A DNA stretch of 64,000 bases, taken from the NCBI RefSeq assembly GCF_006345805.1, contig NC_042998.1, positions 24,490,001 to 24,554,000 on the forward strand, given 5' to 3'. Made by a program: the position numbers and the translations under genes. Shown here in pieces: positions 1 through 11,441 of the stretch. Each line of letters opens with the position of its first letter. The stretch's first letter is position 1. This DNA is from Octopus sinensis (taxonomy: Eukaryota). Below the pieces are notes generated by a model. It was not told where the DNA came from and ran no database searches. It saw only the letters and a list, made by a program, of their open reading frames with translations.

Positions 1-294
1 AATTGAGAGTATGATAGAAGAAGGCTTGCTCTTCATTCCGTAGAAGACAAAATTCAAATCGGACCATGTTAACACCAAAAATTATTTACATCAAAAAGGT
101 GCTTTTTTTTCTATGAAAATACCTACTTTTTACGATTTTTTTACTCCTGTGTCGCCATTTTTCGGTGTATTTCAACCAGAAAAATATTCACTTAAAGAGA
201 ATAACAAGCTACATAATGCAAAAGTTTTACTTTTCAAAAATTCCAATTCTAAAGGGTCGAAACAAACCTAAGCAACGCCGGGCAATACTGCTAC
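1..294 (+). mobile_element. 3' part of a non-autonomous Helitron (family H1)
   Basis: Homologous to 42702-43120. Ends in the hairpin AGCAACGCCGGGC followed by CTAC|T, a decayed CTAG|T terminus. Confidence 0.75.
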
Positions 295-589
295 TAAATG
301 ATAAAGCTAATATTAGAATATTAAATGTCTCATAAGCTGTATGATTTCATGGTGTTAGTTTATAAGAGATAAATCTTCTCTTAGAGAAAGTACTTATCTG
401 TCATGTGTAACATCCTTAGATTACCTCGTACTCCAGTCACAAACGTATATAAACGAGTCTAGTTCAAGCAATGATCACTTGGGTATTTTGCTGATGAAAT
501 GAATGCATATTTCTTTTTGTTAAAATAAAATCTATAGTTGCTGCGTTTTTCTACAAAGTAGACATAGTTACAGGTAAGTGGATGATTTG

Positions 590-825
590 GGTACTACTTG
601 AGAACAGTGTGCGCACTCGCGTAGTCGCGCATCCGCGCTAGCTAGTCGTGACTAGTCGATCCTTACTTTGTTTTTGTGTTTTATTTACTTTGTGTAAAAA
701 AATTTATTTTGTGTTTTATTTACTTTGCTAGGTAGTCGTTGTAAGATCGACTAGTCACGATTAGCTATCGCGGATGCGCGACTACGCGAGTGCGCGCACC
801 GGGACCACTGTTCTCAAGTAGTACC
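590..825. mobile_element. Foldback MITE with long TIRs, probably Mutator-like
   Basis: GGTACTACTTGAGAACAGTG (590) mirrors CACTGTTCTCAAGTAGTACC (825), with GC-rich arms pairing over about 75 bp. Flanks are GATGATTTG/GATAATTTG, a 9-bp TSD with 1 mismatch. Confidence 0.7.
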
Positions 826-859
826 GATAATTTGAATTAATTGTATTAGAAAGTCAGTT

Positions 860-1740
860 GGTAATGTATTTTCTAATAGAACACGAGAAGTTTTTATCCA
901 TGTAGTGTAGCTAAAACTTAATCAATTTCTACTGCAAATTTTGTGGTTTATGGTTTTGGAGAGTGAAGCGAGATTAATTTAAAGAACTCGAAATCTACGT
1001 TCCTTTTAACCCTTACATTATATACGAGATTATATCACGTAATGCGCTGTTTCCTACTTTACGTTTTGAAATATTAGATGCACGCTGATATTGCATTTTC
1101 TCTAAGAATTCAATGTTCCGTGGAGATGCATTTTAATAATGAGAAGCACTGACAAACGGGTTTCCTTAGTAATGTTAGGAATTACAAAAAATATTAGGCA
1201 GGAGTGTGGAATTCTTATTTATTTAGCATAATTTTCATTAGGTTAATGATAAAGGTTGATATTTTGTCTCACCATTGAAAGTAATGTCTAAAAATTAGCT
1301 ATACCAAGAACAGTATCTACTGTAAAGCGTACGCTTATTTCCTTAAATAGCTTTATTAGATCTTTCCTAATTCTGGCTATTTCATATCCACTCATATTTC
1401 GTGAGTCCATCTTCTCTATAAATTCCACCCAACCTTTCTGTAAAGTGTCCTTTGCCTATAATGACAAGGATATAAATGTCTCTAATTTGCACAATTGAAC
1501 CGCATTAAATTAGCCTATGCAAGTATCAAATAATTTATCTTGTTTTTGTTTTACTTATCCAAGCGGAATTATCGAAAGGTAAATGAGTTTTCTTGAACGC
1601 CTATTTATATTAATGTTTGATTCGTCAATCGTTACAATTGTATTTGCAAAGGTCAAAGTGTTAGAGTGAAGGAATAGCCATACAAAAACCGGTTATGTCA
1701 AGTTATGTAAATTTACAATACTACTTACCATGGACTCTTC
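860..1740 (-). pseudogene. Decayed Penelope-like reverse transcriptase region
   Basis: Hand translation across frameshifts gives LFDTCIG..., GGIYREDGL (YRDDGL motif, 1403-1420), RIRKDLIKLFKE...NF(L)DITFN and YNVRVKRNVDFEFFKLISLHSPK, which match PLE RT and linker motifs. Many stops. Confidence 0.7.
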
Positions 1741-1754
1741 AAAACCATTTAGTG

Positions 1755-2010
1755 AAGGCTGTGAGCTGACAACATCGTTAGCAGGCTAGGCAAAATGCTT
1801 AGCGGTATTTCGTCTTTATCCACCTACCTGTAACTATGTCTGTATGTACGTTCTGAGCTAAAATTCCGTTGAGGTCGATTTTGCCATTTATCCTTTCGGA
1901 GATCGATAAAATAAGCATCAGTTGAGTACTGGGGAAGTCGATTAAATTACTGGCCTTGTGCCAAAATTTGAAACACCTGTTTCCATATAGTTGTTTCGTA
2001 ATGGAAATAA
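1755..2010 (+). mobile_element. SINE family A, degenerate
   Basis: Diverged tRNA-like head and GAGGTCGATTTTGCC core shared with 2492-2722. Confidence 0.75.
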
Positions 2011-2034
2011 TATCGTTTATATACATATTTACCT

Positions 2035-2347
2035 TCTAGCGGCACAAGCTCGCGATGGCAAACTGGATATAAGGGCCCAACAAATAGATTCTCTCTCTTC
2101 TTCACCGCAAGCGCTTGCTAAATATACATATTCGCTGGCTGGGTCTGCAGGCTAGTCCTGCCTGCCCGTCGTATCTCCAGAGGTAATGGGCCCGCGTTAA
2201 CCGAGATACAACGAAACGTACACAGCTTGAGATGGTCTATTGAGAGCGACACACTTCATTTATTCTGTGTAACTATGTAAATAAAACTGGTTGTGAATTT
2301 GCATTTCCACTTGAGACTTATTTCCTCGCCTGCTGGAGCCTGAAACA
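2035..2347 (+). mobile_element. Possible partial solo LTR
   Basis: GC-richer block with a TATA-like GATATAAG, AATAAA near 2280 and a ...GAAACA end. No 5' TG or TSD seen. Confidence 0.3.
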
Positions 2348-2491
2348 ATACAAAGAACAATTTTAATGGGACAAGGCGATAATCATCCGATATCGTGAAC
2401 CTTGCCTCCCATTATAACCCCAAGAATAAATTCCCAGGTAATTTGCCTGCTAACTATTTCTAACTCAATTTATTTTGTGGTATCAACTTAC

Positions 2492-2722
2492 GGCGGCGAG
2501 CTGGCAGAATCGTTAGCACGCCGGGCGAAATGCTTAGCGGTATTTCGTCTACCGTTACGTTCTGAGTTCAAATTCCGCCGAGGTCGACTTTGCCTTTCAT
2601 CCTTTCGGGGTCGATTAAATAAGTACTAGTTATGCACTGGGGTCGATGTAATCGACTTAATCCGTTTGTCTGTCCTTGTTTGTCCCCTCTGTGTGTAGCC
2701 CCTTGTGGGCAGTAAAGAAATA
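2492..2722 (+). mobile_element. tRNA-derived SINE family A, full length with 13-bp TSD
   Basis: A-box-like GGCGAGCTGGCAGAATCG and B-box-like GAGTTCAAATTCC. TSD GGTATCAACTTAC at 2479-2491 and 2723-2735. Confidence 0.9.
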
Positions 2723-3648
2723 GGTATCAACTTACATTTAGAGTTGATAGTGTAGTTAGTTAGATTTCTAGACCTAAAGTATCGTATGTGGTACCTGAAA
2801 GAAATATTAAGGGCAGTAAAGCTTTCTGAGTTTCTAGGTTCATGACGTGTGTGTCTGTGGTGGTTTCAGATTTAGTTATATGTTGTTTTAAATGTTAAGT
2901 AACAACCTGAAATTTTTTGGTCTTATCCACCAGGAGCATTTTTTAATCGTGTAACTACGACAATTTCTTTGGTAACAATCTTCGGAAGCAATTGTAGAAT
3001 TTTCTGGGATTTTTTAAAGATGTTTCTTAAGTCCATGTTAAGTAACAGATTTCTCCGTGTTCTGAGTCTCATATTTTTATTTACGTACTTTTTAATGATC
3101 CACCTTAATCTTTTAAGGTTTTCTGTTTTCACGATCGAATATTTCAGATAATAGTTTCAAGATGGAATAGAAATAAAATGCTCTCTGTTGAAAACTTCAA
3201 CGATAACTCCGAATTTCAGGTTTTCCAATTTACAGACATTAATCAATAAAACATGGGAAACAAGGACGTAATAGATGATACAGAAAATATTTTAATATCG
3301 TAAAAAGCTTTGATTAGGTGCCGAAAAAACTGACATAAAACAAACTGTAGTTGAAAAAAAATCGATGCGGGAAAAGAGGAGAAAAGGTGTGTGGTGAATT
3401 GGAAAAAAATACGCACATAGAAAATAGAAAATCATAAGTGAGATAGAAATTGTGCATATGTAATAAAATATCAGGCATCTTGCTAAAAATTAAAAGTGTA
3501 TGCTGACGAAAGTTTCAAACATGTATATAATGGTAACGGGTGACGCATGACGAGAGGATTGTAAGGAAGTAAAACGAATTGTTTTTAAATGAGAATTTTG
3601 TGCTTGTCAATAATAGAAGCAAGAAACAACAAAGTTGACTGCGAGTTT

Positions 3649-4058
3649 CGATCTTTTCGGTTTGAACAGCAGATTTTTCTAGCGGTGTCATATGAAATTG
3701 TCACCCATAATTATGACCCTAGTATCGATCTATTGCATTTCAATCTGTTTTAGAGTTAGGGGTGGGAGAAGGCTATCTTTTTTTCTTCAGAAATGTAAAT
3801 AAAACCAATCTGTTTCTTAAACGATGGACATATTGATACGGCACAGAATGTTTTCACCTCAATAGACGTCATTGATTGGTTGAAATTGCAGAAATTGAAG
3901 AAAAAGAAACAACAAATATCTTACAAACAATAGAATTTTCTCAATAAAGTCGAGAGAAAAAGATGTTTTATAAACACATTCTACCAGTATACGAAGTTTA
4001 AAAGTGTTTAGTTACGTGGAAATTATTAAAAAAACTGCCGGTCAAACCGAAAAGATCC
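3649..4058. mobile_element. MITE with about 28-bp TIRs
   Basis: GATCTTTTCGGTTTGAACAGCAGATTTTT versus AAAAAAACTGCCGGTCAAACCGAAAAGATC. Confidence 0.7.
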
Positions 4059-4289
4059 GCGTGTTCCAATGGTTTCCAAGAGTTTATTTCTTGAATGATT
4101 ATGTTTATTCTTGAATGAGTATAAGCTTCGAGGCTTATAATAAGATAAAAGATACTTAAAAGTATGTTTACCAGTTGATAAAACTTAATTCATGCGGATG
4201 TGTGTGTGTGTGTGTGTGAATGTATGGCATAAATAATGGGTCTCTTGATCATTATAGAGTTACAGCTGTTTCAGGTATACATTTTGGAA

Positions 4290-4706
4290 GGCGGCGAGCT
4301 GGCAGAATCGTTAGCACGCCGGGCAAAATGCTTAGCAGTATTTCATCCGCCGCTATCTTCTGAGTTCAAATTCCGCCGAGGTCGACTTTGCCTTTCATCC
4401 TTTCGGGGTCGATTAAATAAGTACCAGTTACGCACTGGTGTCGATATAATCGACTTAATCCCTTTGTCTGTCCTTGTTTGTCCCCTCTCTGTGTTTAGCC
4501 CCTTGTGGATAGTAAAGAAATAGGTATTTCGTCTGTCTTTACGTTCTGAGTTCAAATTCCGCCGAGGTCGACTTTGCCTTTCATCCTTTCGGGGTCGATT
4601 AAATAAGTACCAGTTACGCACTGGGGTCGATATAATCGACTTAATCCCTTTGTCTGTCCTTGTCTGTCCCTTCTGTGTTTAGCCCCTTGTGTGTAGTAAA
4701 GAAATA
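4290..4706 (+). mobile_element. SINE family A, one head with a duplicated body
   Basis: The second body restarts at GGTATTTCG directly after the GAAATA tail, near 4523. Confidence 0.9.
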
Positions 4707-5328
4707 AGTATTAATTTTGGGTGCGCTCATGGTTCAATTTAATTAATCGATCGATTGAGGGATTGAAAATACAGTGATCGACCATTGGAACGCTATCGTC
4801 GTCAGAGCCCAACACATTAACTACCAACGTAAAGGAATAAAAGAAAAGAGAAGTAAAGAAAAGAAAAGAAGAGGAAGGAATATGATCATTGTTGTATCTA
4901 CACAGAATTTGGCCGCTTGTTTCTGGCCATCAACCTTAAACTATTATTCTCTCTTACCATGGTTCAATAGTATTAACATCCACTATTGAAATTTGACACC
5001 CAACAGCTTGGCTATTGGCCGGCTTTCGGCGAATTCAAGAATATTTTAGACGCTATGCAAGGGTGGTGTTTTCTCTTGCGACGGATGAATATTCTTAACA
5101 TCCGGTAGAGAAAGTTGATGCAAAACGAATTCTTTAGGGGCCAGAGGCAGGCTATTGGCGATTATTATTATATTTTGGACGCTATGGTATTGAGAAGCTG
5201 GGTATTTCTAGTTATTTTAAATGTGAAGTATCAACATCTATCTAGTTACGGAGTTACGGAACTCATATAAGTACAGGACATTTAATAGTAATAGTTAGGG
5301 CTGGAAGTCAGGAAATAAAATAAATAAA

Positions 5329-5725
5329 TCTTTATATATAAAAGTCAAGTTGTGTGTCTGTCTCCTACGATTTAGATTCCTAAATACTCCCACATTTTGC
5401 GGTGCAGTTTAACCAAAACCGGGTATCTTATAGTCATGATTCATATCGAGCCCTTCTGGGTATTAGCGCGCGTCTACGATGAGTCTACGATTTAAAAAAA
5501 AATTTACCATCATTTTTTCCATTTTAATGCATTTTTTTCGCTATTATATAAGGGAAGTAACTCTCTAAAAATGTCTACGATGAGTCAACGATTTAAAAAA
5601 AATTTACCATCATTTTTTTTTCCATTTTTAATGCATTTTTTGCTATCTTTTGACTATAACTCTCTAAAAATGTTTATATAGTTATTTCCCTTACAAATCC
5701 GAGCAACGCCGGGCGATAATGCTTG
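5329..5725 (+). mobile_element. Non-autonomous Helitron (family H2)
   Basis: A|TCTTTATATATAAAAG start, 3' hairpin CCGAGCAACGCCGGG and CTTG|T end. Homologous to 29658-30023. Confidence 0.8.
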
Positions 5726-5792
5726 TAACTTATAATACGTAAGGTCACAGTACTACGAAGACTACATCAGGCTTAGAATATCTAACGATGTA

Positions 5793-7054
5793 TTTGGTCA
5801 TCCCATAAATAGTACAGTTTCTTTATACTTCTTTTATTTTTCAAAATTAAATAATACAAAGTTATATTTTAACCTAAAATATACTCTCCTTCATTTTCTA
5901 CAAGGCTCCACTTCCAAAATTCACTTGTCATGACGAAAAATACCTCTCCAATACTGTTCTCACCTCGTCTACAAAATTCATATTTTTTCCGTTCAAATGA
6001 TTTTGAAGCCTGCGGAATAAATGATAATCAGATGGGGCAATGTCCAACGAATATGGTAGGTGGAGCACCGTTTTCCATTCAAACTGCTCCAGCCTTTGGA
6101 ATGTTATCTTTGCTGTATGTGGTCGAACATTATCCTTTTGGAAGCGCATCTTGTGTCTTGAAAGCAAAGGCGGTCGTTTTTCTTCTAGCGCTGACTTAAG
6201 CCGCTCAAGCTGCTCGTAATTAGATCTCCTTTGGTCTCGTTTGGTTTGGGTCTAAAAGTTCAAAGTGGACTAAACCTTTCATATACCACCAAACATATAA
6301 CAACACCTTACGTAGGTGACGACCTTTTTTGGACTGGGGTGCCGGTGTTTCTATTTTCTCTACCCACTGTTTTCGGTGCTTGACATTTTTATAGAGAACT
6401 CATTTCTCGTCACCAGTCACTATTCAGTCCAAAAAAAAAAACCCCAAAAAACGTTCATTCGTGAGACGTGACGGCAAAGAAGAGCACGCATTCACTCTCT
6501 GCGCGCGATTAGACTTGGTAAGTTTGTGAGGAACCCATTGACCCGATTTGCTGACTTTTCTGGTGGCATGCATGCGTCGATGAATGGTTGAATGACCAAA
6601 TCCAAGCTTCTCTGCTGGTTCCTCAACAGATACGATGGGATTTTGCTCCACTAGGGCTTGCTAGACGTCCTCATCGAGCTTTACAGATTTCCCAGGTCGA
6701 GGCTCGTCTTCTAGGCTGTAGTATCCGGCTCGGAGTTTCTGGAACCCTCATTGACACTGGCTTACGCTTATTGTCCGATTCCCATATCCTGCATTAATAT
6801 TACTCGCACTTTCCGTTGCGTTGTTGCCTAATTGAACTCATTAAGCAAAATATGCTGAATATGCTCCTTTGTCACTTCTTTTGTAGCTTTGAAAAAATAA
6901 TTGTTAAAATCGTACTGCACTCTTCCGAACTTGCACTAAGAATAAGTAAAAGGTAAAATTTTGGCTTGCAAGTAGATACAGGTAGTTCATCCCGTCCTGA
7001 TTGGACTTTTAGTTCATGCAATTGAAAAAACGCATTATTTATGGGATGACTCAA
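5793..7054 (-). mobile_element. Full-length decayed mariner transposon
   Basis: TIRs TTTGGTCATCCCATAAATAGTAC and rc of GCATTATTTATGGGATGACTCAA, with TA at both ends. Peptides include GQWVPHKL, KDNVRPH and YSLDIAPSDYHLF, with frameshifts and stops. Confidence 0.92.
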
Positions 7055-7771
7055 TACCATTGGTATTGCTGCAATGGTGTGCTAAGCTACGATTCATTGA
7101 GAGGGTGGTATAGTAAATTCCACGGGGATTAAGTGAGAAGTATAAGTAAAAACAAAAACCAAACAAAATATAAATTAAAATGAGTATAAAACCAAGACAA
7201 CAGAAAATACAAAGAAAATAAAATGTGAAAAATAAGAGAATGAATATAGGAAAATGAAAAATAATATAAATGGAATCCTTCTATCATAAAAAAGAATAAA
7301 AGATAGATGTGGAAGGATATTTCTATGATAGCAGTAACTAAAAAAAATCTCCGTTGCTATTTTACTTAAGTATGCATTATTCCTAATCCATTATACCATG
7401 GTTTGTGGGTGTTATAATATCCAATTACTCACATGATTAATTATTAATTATCTAGGTAATAATCTTAAAAGTAGTGTAGTAAATATGTTTACATCGTATC
7501 ATTAATTCCTGTTTTTTATTCATGATGTTATGATGTGATGTAAGTATTAACAATACTTTTAAAACTGATGTAATACTTACAGTGTTTAATAAAATGAAGT
7601 AGCATGAAATGATTGTACTACACTACCTTGGATATCCTTGTTGCTTATTATGATTATTTGATTTGTATGGATAATACCATATCAAATTCTGGTGCCTTTA
7701 ACTTAAGTACCATATTCATCTGAATCTAAATTTTGCTGAACTTATATATATATATATAAATTTAATCCAAA

Positions 7772-7965
7772 CATGAAAGCACAAAAAACAACAACACAAC
7801 AACGCGAGGACGTGGAACAAATACAGTATAATTGGACGCTCAGGAAAGAAGGAAAAAAGGAGGGTCTAACGTTTCGAGCGGAGCTCTTCGTCGGAAACAT
7901 AGGAGAAGGAAAGATCCAGAGAAGGGAAGACAGAGGGAAAAAATCGCCAACGGTACACACGCGGT

Positions 7966-7972
<7 letters not shown>
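7772..7972 (-). mobile_element. Short PLE-terminus-like fragment between (TA)n tracts, carrying an HHR-like motif
   Basis: rc of 7865-7897 reads CCGACGA-A-GAGC-tcc-GCTC-GAAA-CGTTA. Related motif at 50614-50649. Confidence 0.45.
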
Positions 7973-8024
<52 letters not shown>

Positions 8025-8212
8025 TATAAACAAGTATATAGAACATCTAATGGTATATTTTTCCCCCTCTGAAGATATTATGCTCAGAAATATGAACTTA
8101 ACATTTAATTAATTTCACTGTGTATAACTGAAACAGCTGTAAGGGATAATGATCGATTTGTTGTTGATAATAAACTCTTATTAACTTCACAATCTCCATT
8201 TTCTTCTACCTT

Positions 8213-8260
<48 letters not shown>

Positions 8261-8327
8261 TAGTGGCTCCTCGTGAGCGTTTGTCGAAAAGCTTGCTGTA
8301 CATTTTGTTGGAGAATTAAGTTCCTGG

Positions 8328-8413
8328 ATTTTCCTGAAGAGAAGGCTGCAAAATGGACTCCTTATTCAATCCGAATTAGGGACTTTGCAGCCTTTGAAAC
8401 ATATGTAGAAAAT
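8328..8413 (+). ncRNA. Type I hammerhead ribozyme with canonical core
   Basis: Stem I ATTTTC/GAAAAT, CTGAAGA (8334-8340), 12-bp stem II GAAGGCTGCAAA/TTTGCAGCCTTT, GAAA (8396-8399), palindromic stem III ACATATGT and a GTA cleavage triplet (8405-8407). Confidence 0.85.
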
Positions 8414-8834
8414 AATAAAAAGGAATTTTGTTAAATCTTCGTTCAGTTCCATTTCTTCCTACACTAAATATATAAAACTTCAAATTTCCGCACTAAGGCA
8501 CGGTTTTTAGGCCCCATGGTCGTAACCTCAACCGTGCTTTTTCTGTTGTGATTTTTGCTACCCAGGTGTCGGTTATCATTTGAATAATCCGTAATAAGAT
8601 AATTCATTTATCTACTTCAATATATATATATATATATATATATAATGCCAATATACTCACTAGGTACAAGTAATTGCACGTTTGTTGATCAAATTTCACC
8701 AGGTGTAACCCGGTTAATCAACCTGCCATCTATGGAAGTTTCGAAGTTACTGTCAATAAAATTCCTTCTGATCTACACTCGTAATGAGAGGTTTTATTCA
8801 GTTAATGTTTGTTGCATTCGCGCATATAAAAAAC

Positions 8835-9090
8835 ACATATTGTCATGTGTGTGTATGAGTGTGAGTGTGTATACATGTGCATGAGTGTGAGTGTGTATGC
8901 ATGTACATGTATATGCGCATATATATATATACGTGCCTGCACCTATTATGCACACACATATATCTTGTACATGCATAGGCATATATATATATGTGCACAA
9001 ACACACGCATGTATATTATATACACGTCCGCCTCTGTGTGGTGTGTGTGTGTGTGTGTGTGTGCATGTGTCTGTAACATACATACATGCA
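8835..9090. repeat. Compound (TG)/(TA) microsatellite
   Basis: Direct reading. Accounts for five overlapping low-complexity ORFs. Confidence 0.9.
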
Positions 9091-9378
9091 TAATTAAGTG
9101 CTTTCACTTCCATTAAGGACTCCTAAATTTACGATGTTTCTCACTAAAACAACTTGACTCTCCTTATAAATTCAAGAACTGACAAGTTTATATTTATGTC
9201 CTTAATAACACTGAAGGAGTAAACTCAGCGAATTTTTTATCGTTATTGAAAGCAATTAGATGTGAAAAATAAATTTAATCCTTGACGTTGCAAAGTAAAT
9301 ATTTAAAATATGCAATAATATGCATGCAAGTATGTATCTTTCTCCCTATCTGTTTACCTCACGAATATATATATATAT

Positions 9379-9442
<64 letters not shown>

Positions 9443-9516
9443 GTATACATCCATTCATCCATCCATCAAGATATAATACAGAGGGAGAGAGAGAGATACA
9501 GATATACATATACATA

Positions 9517-9800
9517 GGTGCAGTAGTGGCTGTGTTGTAAGTAGCTTGCTTACCAACCACATGGTTCTGGGTTCAGTCCCACCGCATGGCTTTTTGGGCA
9601 AGTGTGTTCTAGTATAGCGTCGGGGCCGACCAAAGCATTGTGAGTGGATTTGGTAGACGGAAACTCTCTGTGTTTATTCCCCCAAACATCACTTCACAAC
9701 CGATGCTGGTGTGTTTACATCCCCGTAATAAAGAATATGTCCTGGGGTTGATTTGCTCGACTGAAGGCAGTGCTCCAGCATGGCTGAAACAAATAAAAGA
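9517..9800 (+). mobile_element. SINE family B, internally deleted
   Basis: GGTGCAGTAGTGGCTGTGT head and GCTCCAGCATGG 3' region. Confidence 0.8.
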
Positions 9801-9876
9801 AGATATATGCATGCATGTATGTATGTATGTATCTATGTGTGTGTATGTGTGTATATACATGTATATATGTATGTAC

Positions 9877-9914
<38 letters not shown>

Positions 9915-10045
9915 TATATATAATGTATATATGTATATATATATATATGCATATATATATATACATATATGTGTGTGTGTGTGTGTGTGTCTATGTGTGC
10001 GTGTGTGTGTGTAAGCATGTATACGTAAGGAAATATGCATAAATA

Positions 10046-10490
10046 GGGCAAACCGTCTAACGCAAATTGATATTGCTAAATTAACTCAATCGGATATATT
10101 AGAACTTGTATAAAACAAGTTCAATGATATCAATTTCGATGAAGCTTGGAAGAATTTCAAGGACCAGGTGTATGATTTGGGCGCCGCTACATTGGGAGTT
10201 AAAAGAAAGAAACCCAAAGGCTGGTTTGATAACCACAACGATGATATGTCCCTGCTACCAAAGGAAAAACAATCAATTTACAAGGCTTTGCTGGATCCTA
10301 ATGCAAAGAATAAAAGTCCGTAGAAAGACCCTATATGTCACGGAAAGCAACGCTGCAGCGAGAATTAACAAGAATTAAAAATACTTGGTGATCACAAACC
10401 TTATCGGCTGTTCAAGATGCATAAGGCTGAAAGGATTCTAAGGGTTTGTGTGAGTCTCTTTAGACAAAGTATTTGGGCCTCAGTTATTTT
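10046..10490 (+). pseudogene. RTE-clade LINE ORF2 fragment (EN-RT linker)
   Basis: AWKNFKDQVYDLGAATLGVKRKKPKGWFDNHN, then across a frameshift KATLQRELTRIKNTW. Confidence 0.65.
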
Positions 10491-10529
10491 CTTGTAGTCC
10501 CTTTGCAATCAAAATATGAACAAAAACAC

Positions 10530-11363
10530 CTCGGTCTCGTTGTCAAGTTTTCCTGTGATGTGATCAGCCTTAATCACTTTTGATCAGGTGTCAGAAGAAA
10601 GACGTGGTACCCACCGAGTAGAAACCGTCGTCATGCCGCCATGTTCATTGTACATGATATTTTCAACTCTGTCACGGGATATGCTAATAGAATTGGTTAT
10701 TTGATTTATTGTCAATCGCCTGTCATCCATCGCCCTGTGGTGAACCCGATCAATGTTTTCCTCTGTGATGACAGACTCAGGATTTCCAGAACTGGGATCA
10801 TTTTCAAGATTCCCCTCCCCTTCTGAATTCAGCTGCTTACTTTTGCACTCTTTTACTCTTTTACTTGTTTCAGTCATTTGACTGCGGCCATGCTGGAGCA
10901 CCGCCTTTAGTCGAGCAAATCGACCCTGGGACTTATTCTTTGTAAGCCCAGTACTTATTCTATCGGTCTCTTTTGCCGAACCGCTAAGTTACGGGGACTT
11001 AAACACACCAGCATTGGTTGTCAAGCAATGCTAGGGGGACAAACACAGACACACAAACACACACACACACATATATATATACATATATACGACAGGCTTC
11101 TTTCAGTTTCTGTCTACCAAATCCACTCACAAGGCATTGGTCGGCCCGGGGCTATAGCAGAAGACACTTGCCCAAGATGCCACGCAGTGGGACTGAACCC
11201 GGAACCATGTGGTTGGTTAGCAAGCTACTTACCACACAGCCAAAAACTGGAGCGCCTTACCCTAATGTAGTAACCATATCAGCATGACCTTAGGGTCTAA
11301 ACCCTTTTTTTCTGCTGGTACCTGATAACACCACGATGCCAAATTTTGTCCATTTTCAAGAGC
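10530..11363 (-). pseudogene. Mariner transposase N-terminal half interrupted by a SINE
   Basis: MDKIWHRGVIRYQQKKG...HADMVTTLG at about 11245-11363, resuming below about 10845 as ENIDRVHH...DDRRLTI...STRWVPRL. Confidence 0.8.
10847..11241 (-). mobile_element. SINE family B inside the mariner relic
   Basis: (AGTAAAAG)n tail at 10847, with a slightly truncated head at 11241. Confidence 0.9.
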
Positions 11364-11441
11364 AGTCACTACTAGTTACTCTTGAAGTCTTCTTTGAAGA
11401 GTCAGATGACAGTTTACCTGGAAAGAAACAGTGCAATTATC

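Noticed and set aside
2365-2415. Imperfect hairpin resembling a pre-miRNA
   Set aside because: Short and bulged, adjacent to TE debris, with no evidence of processing.
3499-3528. CTGACGAAAGTTTCAAACATGTA, and similar motifs at 15784-15812 and 43883-43915
   Set aside because: Each needs one or more core repairs and has weak or absent stems. They may be old relics but are not supportable.
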